From a virus, in the IMG/VR virus record IMGVR_UViG_3300035698_006348, positions 1-64,000 of that record: a stretch of DNA of 64,000 nucleotides; one strand, written 5' to 3'. The position numbers and the translations under genes are program-made. Numbering within the stretch: the stretch's first letter is position 1; each line of letters opens with the position of its first letter. The notes beneath the pieces were generated by a model, which did no database searches, was not told the DNA's origin, and worked only from the letters and a program-made list of their open reading frames with translations. Positions 42,155 to 50,420 of this stretch are shown here, in pieces.

Positions 42155-43446
42155 TACTTATGCTTATCTCCAAAAACTCTACAGATGTCTGCCATAAATT
42201 TAAGTTCTACAGTACCAGTTGGACCAGAGCGATTCTTTAAAATTATTGTTTCCATTATGCCCTTATCCTTTGTATTAGCATCATATAACTCATCTCTATA
42301 TATTCCAATAACAATATCGGCATCCTCTTCAATATTACCTGATTGACGTAAATCGTGTAAGACTGGCCGTTTATTATCTCTCATCTCAACACCACGATTA
42401 AGCTGTGATCCAAGAACAATTGTAATATCTAATTCTCTTGCCAATAATTTTAAATCTCTACAGATTTGCCCAATCTCTTGTGTAGCATTTGAATCCCTTC
42501 TTGCCAATAATTGTAAGTAGTCAATGTAAACTGTTTTTAGACCCCGTGTTTTAGCAAATCTACGTATACTACTGATAATCGCAGTCATGGATGGATCGTA
42601 CTTAGCATCAATAAAGAATGGATATTCTTTTATAGTTTTTATAGCATCAGAAATCTTATTCATTTCAATTTGAGAAAGTGTCCCTAACTTCATACTTGTT
42701 AATGAAATCCCAGTTACTGACGCTAAAACTCGTTCTATAATACTAGTCTCACTCATCTCTAATGAGAATAATATAGATGGTACACCTAACTTAGCTTGAT
42801 TATAAGCTAAAGAAGCCATGACTGAACTTTTTCCCATGCCAGGTCTTCCTGAGACTATCCATAATTGATTTCCTGCCATACCATTTGTAGCTATATCTAA
42901 TCCAGCTAGTCCAGTTGAAATACCCTGAACACCTGGATTCTCTACTCTATCACATAATTCATCCCATGATTGTTTAAGAATACTTGTTAAATCTCTCGCT
43001 CCATGAATTGAGTCTGCCTCTAAAGAATCTAATTCTCTCTTATACTTATAAATAACAGAATCAACATCCTCTGTTATTCTTATTTCTTCGTTGACACCTG
43101 ATGAAAGCGAAATAATTTTTCTTGCTTTATACGAGCTAACAACTACTCTCTCATATTCCATTAGGTTATTTTCATTATATTCTAATGAATAAATATGTTG
43201 TATATAACCATTTCCACCTACAGAAGCTAAAAGATTCTTAGATTCTAAATGAACAGAAACAAGCTCTGTATCAGGTACAAGACCATCTAAAATAAGGTCT
43301 GCTAACGTACTAAATAATAATTGATTTGGTGAAGAAGAAAACATATACGACTTTACTGCACTAAGTGTAAAAAACATATCTTTATTTCTAAACACCAAAT
43401 TTATAAGAGCCAATTCAGCATCAGAAGAAAATAGGTTATTACTCAT
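42154..43446 (-). CDS. dnaB: Replicative DNA helicase
   Basis: GRPGMGKS, FSLEM, IDYLQL, SQLNR, DLRQSG.IEEDAD and KNRSGPTG motifs. Confidence 0.95.
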   Translation of the reverse strand: MSNNLFSSDAELALINLVFRNKDMFFTLSAVKSYMFSSSPNQLLFSTLADLILDGLVPDTELVSVHLESKNLLASVGGNGYIQHIYSLEYNENNLMEYERVVVSSYKARKIISLSSGVNEEIRITEDVDSVIYKYKRELDSLEADSIHGARDLTSILKQSWDELCDRVENPGVQGISTGLAGLDIATNGMAGNQLWIVSGRPGMGKSSVMASLAYNQAKLGVPSILFSLEMSETSIIERVLASVTGISLTSMKLGTLSQIEMNKISDAIKTIKEYPFFIDAKYDPSMTAIISSIRRFAKTRGLKTVYIDYLQLLARRDSNATQEIGQICRDLKLLARELDITIVLGSQLNRGVEMRDNKRPVLHDLRQSGNIEEDADIVIGIYRDELYDANTKDKGIMETIILKNRSGPTGTVELKFMADICRVFGDKHK

Positions 43447-43858
43447 CAAATGGACTCCTAAATCTTAATTTACGGCGTAACTGTTTATCAATTTTTTCAA
43501 ACACTTTATCAACATCTACAACTGGATTTCTATCATTGTATGCATCATCTACATATTCTGATAATCGTCTTTTGCATATATATGATAGTAATGGGTAACA
43601 ATTCTCTTTTGGATTAAACTGCTTAACAAAAGCTAAATCAACTATAGATAAAAAAACATTTTTTCTTCCAAAAAGTTTAACCAACTTAGCAACTTGTGGA
43701 ATCAACTTAGCATCGAATGGCAAAGAGAAGATTTGAGCATATAGTCCAACTAGAAAACTAGCTGGGTTCTTAGCATCAGCTAATCTATCATAAAAAACAG
43801 TGACAATATTCTCGTCCATACACACCTTACTGTGGAGAGAGATTATCTCTCTCCACAA
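43439..43858 (-). CDS. Hypothetical protein (possible helicase loader by position)
   Basis: Between the SSB-like gene and dnaB. Confidence 0.45.
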   Translation of the reverse strand: MWREIISLHSKVCMDENIVTVFYDRLADAKNPASFLVGLYAQIFSLPFDAKLIPQVAKLVKLFGRKNVFLSIVDLAFVKQFNPKENCYPLLSYICKRRLSEYVDDAYNDRNPVVDVDKVFEKIDKQLRRKLRFRSPFDE

Positions 43859-43867
43859 ATTTATTTA

Positions 43868-44689
43868 CTAAAGTTCTAATAGTTTATTTGCAATATCTTC
43901 TGCATCTGATTTAGAAATACTTGCCTGAATTTCAGCTTTCTTAAATTCAGCGTCTTCTTTTGGAAGAGCTGGCTCAGTGGAACGAGCGGCAAATATATCC
44001 CGTAATTGTACTCCACGTAACAAATCTTCAATCTCTGGTCGAGTCAATGAAATGGCGGCTGAATCATGGGAGAATAGCTCAGCCACAGGCATATTTACAA
44101 CTTCTCCTCTAGTACCAAGGTCTGCAACAACCATTGTATTCTTAGTTCTTCCAGCTCCAGTAACTACGAATTTAATATCATAATTATTCAAGCCAATTTT
44201 TTCTCCATCTTCTTTACGTGTATTTTCATCAACAATAACAATCTGCTGAGTTAACGTTGGACCAACTGTAATAAGACCAATAACATTAATCGGACCAGGA
44301 GCTACACCAGCTAACATTGCATTACATGATGGGCAAGCCCCAGGAATGTTTCCATTTTCTTGTGCTTTCACAGCAGAATTACAAGATGGGCAAATTTTTC
44401 CGACTGTTCTATCTAAGCCATTAAATACAAATCTTTGTTGTCGTGGAGAGTACCCAGTGATATCTCTAAAGTTACTTGGATTCTCAAGAATAATCCGTTT
44501 ATTATTTCTACAAACTGGACAATCCTCACCAATACATTTTACTGGATATTTTCTATTTACAAAGTGCTGGAAATACTCAGTAGCATTTGGATCCAAAATC
44601 CGTATATTATGCTCTCCAGCATTCAATCTAATATAATTAGTTTTCTTAAATTCTTTACGTTCTTCTTGCTTTGTAATATTTGCAAACAT
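43868..44689 (-). CDS. gp32-like ssDNA-binding protein with Zn ribbons
   Basis: RL..G...IRIL, QH, C...CPVC, YDI...G.G..T motifs; position next to recA and dnaB. Confidence 0.6.
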   Translation of the reverse strand: MFANITKQEERKEFKKTNYIRLNAGEHNIRILDPNATEYFQHFVNRKYPVKCIGEDCPVCRNNKRIILENPSNFRDITGYSPRQQRFVFNGLDRTVGKICPSCNSAVKAQENGNIPGACPSCNAMLAGVAPGPINVIGLITVGPTLTQQIVIVDENTRKEDGEKIGLNNYDIKFVVTGAGRTKNTMVVADLGTRGEVVNMPVAELFSHDSAAISLTRPEIEDLLRGVQLRDIFAARSTEPALPKEDAEFKKAEIQASISKSDAEDIANKLLEL

Positions 44690-44695
44690 AGTTGC

Positions 44696-44974
44696 TTACT
44701 CCTCTTTCTTTATAATGTTGCCTAATGTGGTCACAGCCGTTTCTTCCAAAATGGCTTTTGCCTTATCTCTGGGCATTGTCTTTGTCAGTTCTAAAATCTC
44801 ATTATATTTTATAGCTCTTCCCTCCATTCGTAAAAGTAAGTGCGTTGCTAAAGCCTCAATGTATTCATCATCAAGTACTTTATCCTCTGGAATATTTGAA
44901 ATTTCATCGTACAATTCCAGGTTTTGAAAACTACCTAAACTATAAATCCTTTTTACCCTGATTGTCCGTTCCAT
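44696..44974 (-). CDS. Hypothetical protein
   Basis: R.YSLGSFQN.E motif. Confidence 0.55.
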   Translation of the reverse strand: MERTIRVKRIYSLGSFQNLELYDEISNIPEDKVLDDEYIEALATHLLLRMEGRAIKYNEILELTKTMPRDKAKAILEETAVTTLGNIIKKEE

Positions 44975-46007
44975 CCTTACTTACCTCCTTTTCTTCCTCA
45001 ATAGGCTCTTCAATTAACTTCTCTGTTATACAATAATTATAACATAATTTTGTAATATTGTCAAGATGACTTTTGTCACTATTTAAGGCTGTCACTGTTT
45101 TTGTTACACCGTGTCCTAAAACCTCACCTTCAAATGCAATATAACTACCCCTTTTATCTAAAATTCCTTGCATAAGAGCAAACTCTACTAAGTCCATTGT
45201 ATTATCAATTCCAGTCCCAAAAAACATTGGAAACTTGAAAGCTTTGAATGGAACGGAAAGTTTATTTTTCTTTATTACAAAATTTGTATACGCCCCAATA
45301 ATAATCTTATCATCTTTAGGGTCTTTTATCTTTGCACCTTGTGTCAACTGAATTACTAGTGAATCATAATGCTTTAGAGCATTCCCACCAGTTCTAGCAA
45401 ACCCACCAAAAAAGCTTCCAATATTTGCTCTAATTTGATTTACAAAAACAACCGCGGTGTTTGAAGCACGTATTCCAAATGAATTACGCCTCAAAAATTG
45501 AGTAAGCAATCTGCTAACAAGAGCAATATTTGCATCGCCTAAATCTTTTTCTTTTTCTTTCTCTGGAGCAAGTGCTCCAACAGAATCCAGTACTATTAAA
45601 TCAAACTCTTTTGAAGTTATCCCATATTCACAAATCTGTAGTGCCTGTTCACCAGTCTCTGGCTGTATAAGAACAAACCTTTCAAAATCAGTTATACCAG
45701 AGATAGTTGTGATATATTTATGATCTATTGCGTTTTCTTGGTCAACATATAAAACTTTGCCACTACAATTCTTTGCTATTGATAAGCATAAGGTTGTCTT
45801 TGCAGATGATTCTGGACCGTATATCTCAGTTATTCTACCCCGTGGAATTCCACCTATACCTGTTGATATATCTAAAGATACAGAACCTGTCTGTATAACT
45901 TCAAGTGGTCTATCATCATAAATCATTTCTTTAAGTGTTTCTTCACTGTAGGTTTTATTCAGTAGACCCATAAAACTTAGAGCTCCCTGTTTTTTAGCTT
46001 TTGCCAT
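44940..46007 (-). CDS. recA: RecA recombinase
   Basis: TGS.SLD, GG.PRGRITEIYGPESSAKTT, LDSV.AL, NQIR, GGNALK and KNK motifs. Confidence 0.95.
   Translation of the reverse strand: MAKAKKQGALSFMGLLNKTYSEETLKEMIYDDRPLEVIQTGSVSLDISTGIGGIPRGRITEIYGPESSAKTTLCLSIAKNCSGKVLYVDQENAIDHKYITTISGITDFERFVLIQPETGEQALQICEYGITSKEFDLIVLDSVGALAPEKEKEKDLGDANIALVSRLLTQFLRRNSFGIRASNTAVVFVNQIRANIGSFFGGFARTGGNALKHYDSLVIQLTQGAKIKDPKDDKIIIGAYTNFVIKKNKLSVPFKAFKFPMFFGTGIDNTMDLVEFALMQGILDKRGSYIAFEGEVLGHGVTKTVTALNSDKSHLDNITKLCYNYCITEKLIEEPIEEEKEVSKDGTDNQGKKDL
45036..45064 (-). promoter_or_regulatory. Consensus sigma70-type promoter inside the recA 3' end
   Basis: TTGACA-17 bp-TATAAT with extended TG on the minus strand. 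Confidence 0.75.
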
Positions 46008-46016
46008 TAGACTCCT

Positions 46017-47894
46017 TTACTTTATCCAAAAATCTTCTATTTTCGAGCTAACCTCTGCTGGAATTTTACCAAGAAAAGGTTGCTCTGCTTCTTTCATACT
46101 CTTAGCTATAAATGCTTCTGCCTCCTCAGCTATATCTTCTTTTACAAGACAAGATACTTCGTCATGAACAGTCAAAATAATTCGTAAATCCTTTCCAAAT
46201 GGATTATCATAAAAAATATTACAGATAGCAATTTTCATAATATCTGCACCAGTTCCCTGAATAACAGTATTGAATGCTTGTCTGCGTAAACTACTTATAT
46301 GCTTATCCCTCTCTTTATACCCATCAACTCCAGGAAAAAATGTTTTCTTTGGAAGGTATCTACGTCTTCCAAGAAGTGTAGAAGTATATCCTATCTCTAC
46401 TGCTTTGTCTTCAACAACGTCTTTCACTAAAAATAATGTTGGATGCCCAGCTTTATATTTATTTAGGTAATCTCTAGCCAATTGAACACTAAAGCCAAAA
46501 TTATGTGCTAGACCATATTCTGTAGAACCATAAATCAAAGCAAAATTATAACCCTTAGCAATCGTTCTCTGTTCTTTTGTTACTTCCTCATATGGAGTTT
46601 CAAATATCAAACTAGCAGAGGTTGTATGTAAATCAAGATTATTTACGTAAGCAAATATCATGATTGCTTCTTTTGTAAAATTAGCTGTTATCCGTAGCTC
46701 TTGTTGAGAATAATCAATAGTAATTATTTTATATCCTTTTGGTGCTCTAAAACAAGAACGATAACTTATATCTGCTGGAATATTTTGTAAGTTTGGATTA
46801 GACGAACTGAATCTTCCAGTATGAGCGATTAGCTGATTAAAATTGGCATGTAAATTTCCTGTAGAGGGCTCAATATTCTCAATAAACTCTTCTCCATAAG
46901 TGGAGACAAGTTTTGCAAATTCTCTGTATTGTAGTAAATGCCCTATAAACTTATTCCCTTCTCTGAATGGTTTTAGATACTTTGCTCCAGTAGACTTTAA
47001 CAATAAGCCAGTATCAGCTAATGCCAACTTTATTTGAACGTGAGACCCTGGATTGAAAGCATATTTGAAATAAGACCTAATTGCCTCTGGCTTAGTAATA
47101 TTTACTAAAACCTCTCTTGCTTTTTTCGTCTTTGCTCCAGCAATCTTATATCTATCTGCTACTTGTAAAGCAGAATCAAAGTTTTCTAATTGTAGCATGT
47201 CAGTTAGAGATTCAAGAGCTAATTCTTTTTGTTCAATTGCTTGTGGCTCAGCTTTTTCTAATAAAGCTAACCAAGCTTCTTTATCAAATGGAACACCTTT
47301 TATTTCCATATCAACAACTACAGGTAGTAATCTCATTTCTAAGTCCATTACTTGACCAAATTGTGCAATAAGCTCACTCTGAATCTCATAAATCTCTGTA
47401 GTGTATTTTACATCAAGAGCGGAGTATTGTAATTGATCTGAAGTTAATTCAGTCAATTCTCCAAGCTCATAAAATTCTTTTCTAACAGACTTATCTATTT
47501 CTACACCTAAGTATTTTAAATATAAATCTCCCATAGAATAAAATCGTTTTGAATCTTCGGCACCATTTCTTAAAATGGTTTCTGCATACATTGTACAGTA
47601 TAATTTTTTTAGAAGTATACCAGTCTTAGCAAAGATTACAGAGACATCAAATTTTATATTGTGCCCTATAACAAATTTATTTTCTATAAGAGCGATAAGA
47701 TAATTAATATTTTTAAATTTTAAACAATCGAAAACAAATATTTTATCTCCAATTCCTATTTGTATAACATACAACTTACAAGTAATAGGATTTAATGAGC
47801 TAGTTTCCACATCAAGAACAACCTTACTATACTTACAGCAGTAATCAATAAAAGTCCCCATTTGAATAACATCTGTAATTTCTATAAATTCCAT
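46017..47894 (-). CDS. polA: Family A DNA polymerase with 3'-5' exonuclease
   Basis: DVET, HNIKFD, TGRFSS.NPNLQNIP, DYSQQELR, AK..NFALIYG, IQGTGADIMK and VHDE motifs. Confidence 0.95.
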   Translation of the reverse strand: MEFIEITDVIQMGTFIDYCCKYSKVVLDVETSSLNPITCKLYVIQIGIGDKIFVFDCLKFKNINYLIALIENKFVIGHNIKFDVSVIFAKTGILLKKLYCTMYAETILRNGAEDSKRFYSMGDLYLKYLGVEIDKSVRKEFYELGELTELTSDQLQYSALDVKYTTEIYEIQSELIAQFGQVMDLEMRLLPVVVDMEIKGVPFDKEAWLALLEKAEPQAIEQKELALESLTDMLQLENFDSALQVADRYKIAGAKTKKAREVLVNITKPEAIRSYFKYAFNPGSHVQIKLALADTGLLLKSTGAKYLKPFREGNKFIGHLLQYREFAKLVSTYGEEFIENIEPSTGNLHANFNQLIAHTGRFSSSNPNLQNIPADISYRSCFRAPKGYKIITIDYSQQELRITANFTKEAIMIFAYVNNLDLHTTSASLIFETPYEEVTKEQRTIAKGYNFALIYGSTEYGLAHNFGFSVQLARDYLNKYKAGHPTLFLVKDVVEDKAVEIGYTSTLLGRRRYLPKKTFFPGVDGYKERDKHISSLRRQAFNTVIQGTGADIMKIAICNIFYDNPFGKDLRIILTVHDEVSCLVKEDIAEEAEAFIAKSMKEAEQPFLGKIPAEVSSKIEDFWIK

Positions 47895-47929
47895 ATACTC
47901 TCCTTTCACTGTTTGTTATTGTGTACATA

Positions 47930-47958
47930 ATTATAACATACTTTTACTAAAAAGTCAA
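47930..47958 (-). promoter_or_regulatory. Leftward promoter 1
   Basis: TTGACT-17-TATAAT with TG extension. Confidence 0.75.
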
Positions 47959-47995
47959 GGTTTATTAGAAAACTCTAATGTTAGGTAATAACTTA

Positions 47996-48024
47996 TTGAC
48001 AAATTGATAAAAATATGGTATAAT
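47996..48024 (+). promoter_or_regulatory. Rightward promoter 1
   Basis: TTGACA-17-TATAAT with TGG. Confidence 0.8.
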
Positions 48025-48107
48025 CTATAAGTACTAACAAACAATAACTAATTAAAGATTAAAGATAAGTAATAGCAGAAAATGTTTTTAATCTAATCAC
48101 TGTATAT

Positions 48108-48136
48108 ATTATAACACACTTCTTCTAAAAAGTCAA
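48108..48136 (-). promoter_or_regulatory. Leftward promoter 2
   Basis: TTGACT-17-TATAAT. Confidence 0.75.
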
Positions 48137-48184
48137 GGGTTAATGCAGTTACATTAGAAAACTCTCATAAATCTACTTGTACCC

Positions 48185-48213
48185 TTGACAAATATTGAAA
48201 AGTGTGTTATAAT
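48185..48213 (+). promoter_or_regulatory. Rightward promoter 2
   Basis: TTGACA-17-TATAAT with TG. Confidence 0.8.
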
Positions 48214-48315
48214 AGTACTATAAGTAATTAAGTACTTAAACATTAAATACTTAAAGATTAACCATTAAAAGAAAGTAACTAAGTAATTGCGGAAAAAATC
48301 CGCATGGAGAAAATA

Positions 48316-48785
48316 ATGTCTAAATATAAATGTTCCATCTGTCATAAAGAATTTACAAATGTTTTGATGGCAGATAGTTGTGAAAAGAGTCATGATATTA
48401 TGTATGTTCCATTAACAAAGGCAGATATTCTTCGCTTAATTCAGTTTATTATAACAAAAGATGAGAAATTACTAACTGAATCATTGGTAACAACTTTACA
48501 GAAATATTCATCTACTCTGAATAAATAATAGCCACCATATAGCGTGCACTATAAAAAGAGGTAATCCATGTGAAAGTTATATGTCCTATTTGTGATAAAG
48601 AGATACTAAAGACTGATTCTAAGCAGATTGTAGCTATTGATCGTCCAGATAAGATGAATATATTCTGCCACCTATCATGTATAAATAATACAAATTTGGA
48701 GGAATATCTAAAAGATAATAAAAACTATACTAAATTCCTTTCTATACATACTGCTAGGAAAATAAAAATAAATATGAAAAAATAG
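48316..48785 (+). CDS. Two small Zn-finger proteins (48316-48528 C2H2-like; 48570-48785)
   Basis: YKCSICHKEF...CEKSH; CPIC...HLSC. Confidence 0.55.
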
Positions 48786-48791
48786 TAATAT

Positions 48792-48821
48792 TTGACAAAA
48801 TGTGCACTTTCATGGTATAAT
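48792..48821 (+). promoter_or_regulatory. Sigma70-type promoter for the Cys-rich peptide and tRNA block
   Basis: TTGACA-18-TATAAT with TGG. Confidence 0.7.
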
Positions 48822-48841
48822 TAAGATAGTGGAGAAAATAA

Positions 48842-48970
48842 ATGACAGAAAAAGATGAGGTTGAAGAGGTAGAGGAAGAATGTTGCCCTGAATGTGGATC
48901 CCCATACTATGTAAAAAATGGTAGATGCTCAACATGTTTATCTTGTGGATTTTCTCTATGTGGTATTTAA
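48842..48970 (+). CDS. 42-aa Cys-rich peptide resembling the NrdJ C-terminal Zn/redox tail (not in ORF track)
   Basis: MTEKDEVEEVEEECCPECGSPYYVKNGRCSTCLSCGFSLCGI; GGAG RBS. Confidence 0.65.
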   Translation: MTEKDEVEEVEEECCPECGSPYYVKNGRCSTCLSCGFSLCGI

Positions 48971-49077
48971 AACTATACCGTTTACTTTCATTTGACCAAA
49001 CTTGTAGAGCTTGTGGATCAATTATTACTGGGCATAGAAAATACTGTCCTGTTTGTGGGGCAAGAATCTAATATTAT

Positions 49078-49150
49078 AGGGGCATATTTCAATTGGCAGA
49101 ATACTTGCCTTGGACGCAAGTGGTTGGGGATTCAAATTCCTCTGCCCCTA
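49078..49150 (+). tRNA. tRNA-Pro(TGG)
   Basis: AGGGGCA/TGCCCCT acceptor; CTTGC-CT TGG AC-GCAAG anticodon arm; TTCAAAT T-loop. Confidence 0.8.
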
Positions 49151-49220
49151 CTAGATGCAATAGTTCCTAAAAGCTATAGCTCCCTTTGTAAAGAGTGACA
49201 GCCTGGAGAGACAGGCATAT

Positions 49221-49294
49221 GGACAGGTAGCTCAATTAGGTAGAGCACTAATCTCCAAAATTAGTGGTTCTGGGTTCGATTCCCAGCCTGTGCC
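49221..49294 (+). tRNA. tRNA-Trp(CCA)
   Basis: TAGCTCAATTAGGTAGAGC D-arm; CTAAT-CT CCA AA-ATTAG; GGTTCGATTCC; one acceptor-stem mismatch. Confidence 0.85.
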
Positions 49295-49303
49295 GCTAGA
49301 CAT

Positions 49304-49376
49304 TCCTAGATAGCTCAATTGGTAGAGCGAGCGGCTGTTAACCGCTAGGTTAGTGGTTCGATTCCACTTCTGGGAG
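49304..49376 (+). tRNA. tRNA-Asn(GTT)
   Basis: TCCTAGA/TCTGGGA acceptor; AGCGG-CT GTT AA-CCGCT; GGTTCGATTCC. Confidence 0.92.
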
Positions 49377-49380
49377 CCTT

Positions 49381-49848
49381 ATCTGTATGATCAAAACCTC
49401 GGCCAGAAGCAGTACTGGTCTATACGTAAGTTCTGCGTATAATCAAAAATGCACGGGCAGTATATGGAAGGTCTGCCTCTGTACAGATATAATACTGTAA
49501 TACACTTATGGATCATGCGTTCTTTAACGCTTCTTTTCTGTGACAAATCTCGTATATAGAAAAATACACAGATGCATAATACAGATCATGGAGTATATTA
49601 CAGTAATTCATGCTAACAACATGGCAAAACAGCCTTATGAGTTACTATGTAAGGTGAGGTTAATCAGCAGACCTAAAGATTCGCAGACGTGCGGAAGCTG
49701 AGAAAGTTTGGGTAAGGTATCACATTTGGGTCTAGATTTAGTCTCTGCGTGAGCTTCACTAAATGTGATACTCATTCCCAATTAAGTCCATGTTTTTCAT
49801 GGCAATCCTCCCTGATCTCCAGTCTAATACTGGTGGGAGGAGACTGGT
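49381..49848 (+). ncRNA. Block of putative structured non-coding RNAs
   Basis: No long ORF; several nested closing stems and hairpins (see findings). Confidence 0.5.
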
Positions 49849-49850
49849 AG

Positions 49851-49953
49851 TCAAATATTTGTTGTTACTCGATATACAACTAAAATAAGATCAAGTTCTA
49901 AATGTTTGTTGCTACTTGGTATGCAACTGAAAAAAGGCCAAGTTCAAATATGT
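49851..49953 (+). repeat. 2.2 tandem 46-47-nt repeats, each an H-type pseudoknot with compensatory changes
   Basis: Units at 49851-49896 and 49897-49943, partial unit at 49944-49953. Confidence 0.75.
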
Positions 49954-49967
49954 AAAGGAGCTTTATA

Positions 49968-50420
49968 ATGGATAACGGAAATAATTCTTTTTTTAGTGAG
50001 GTTATAAATTTTGGTGAGCTTAGAGATGAAAATGGTAAACTAGTGTACTCATGGCCATACTCTAAGCGTTGCCCAGATTGTGGGGAAGAAGCAATGGTTG
50101 GAGATAAGTGCACCGCTTGTGGAATTGATAACTATCAGGAGAAATGTCCTAAATGTAGTAAATGGGTAAACAATAGGCAAATAAAGGAGTTTGGACATTG
50201 CACATTCTGTGAAAGGGATATTATTCATAAAAAAAGTAGGGCTACTGCTATTGCATTAGAAAAAATTAGGATTGATACACTTATAGAGGATGTTAAATTA
50301 CTTTCTACACGTGATTTAGTTGAATCATTAGATTTAAGTTTAGATTATATAGACCCAGCTAGTTTAGTGTTTTTAAATGAGCTAAAGGAAAGGATAAAAG
50401 GAGGAAATATTGGCAGATAA
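49968..50420 (+). CDS. Zn-ribbon hypothetical protein
   Basis: Four CxxC pairs; AAGGAG RBS. Confidence 0.65.
   Translation: MDNGNNSFFSEVINFGELRDENGKLVYSWPYSKRCPDCGEEAMVGDKCTACGIDNYQEKCPKCSKWVNNRQIKEFGHCTFCERDIIHKKSRATAIALEKIRIDTLIEDVKLLSTRDLVESLDLSLDYIDPASLVFLNELKERIKGGNIGR

Noticed and set aside
14539-47371. Numerous antisense and alternate-frame ORFs in the track (e.g. 14539-14943, 18684-19100, 29854-30372, 38196-38702)
   Set aside because: Shadow ORFs inside well-supported genes, with no RBS or recognisable motifs
48992-49198. 68-aa ORF
   Set aside because: Overlaps tRNA-Pro; TTG start without an RBS
49851-49953. Mini CRISPR array
   Set aside because: Repeats are contiguous with no unique spacers, and their variation is compensatory base-pairing
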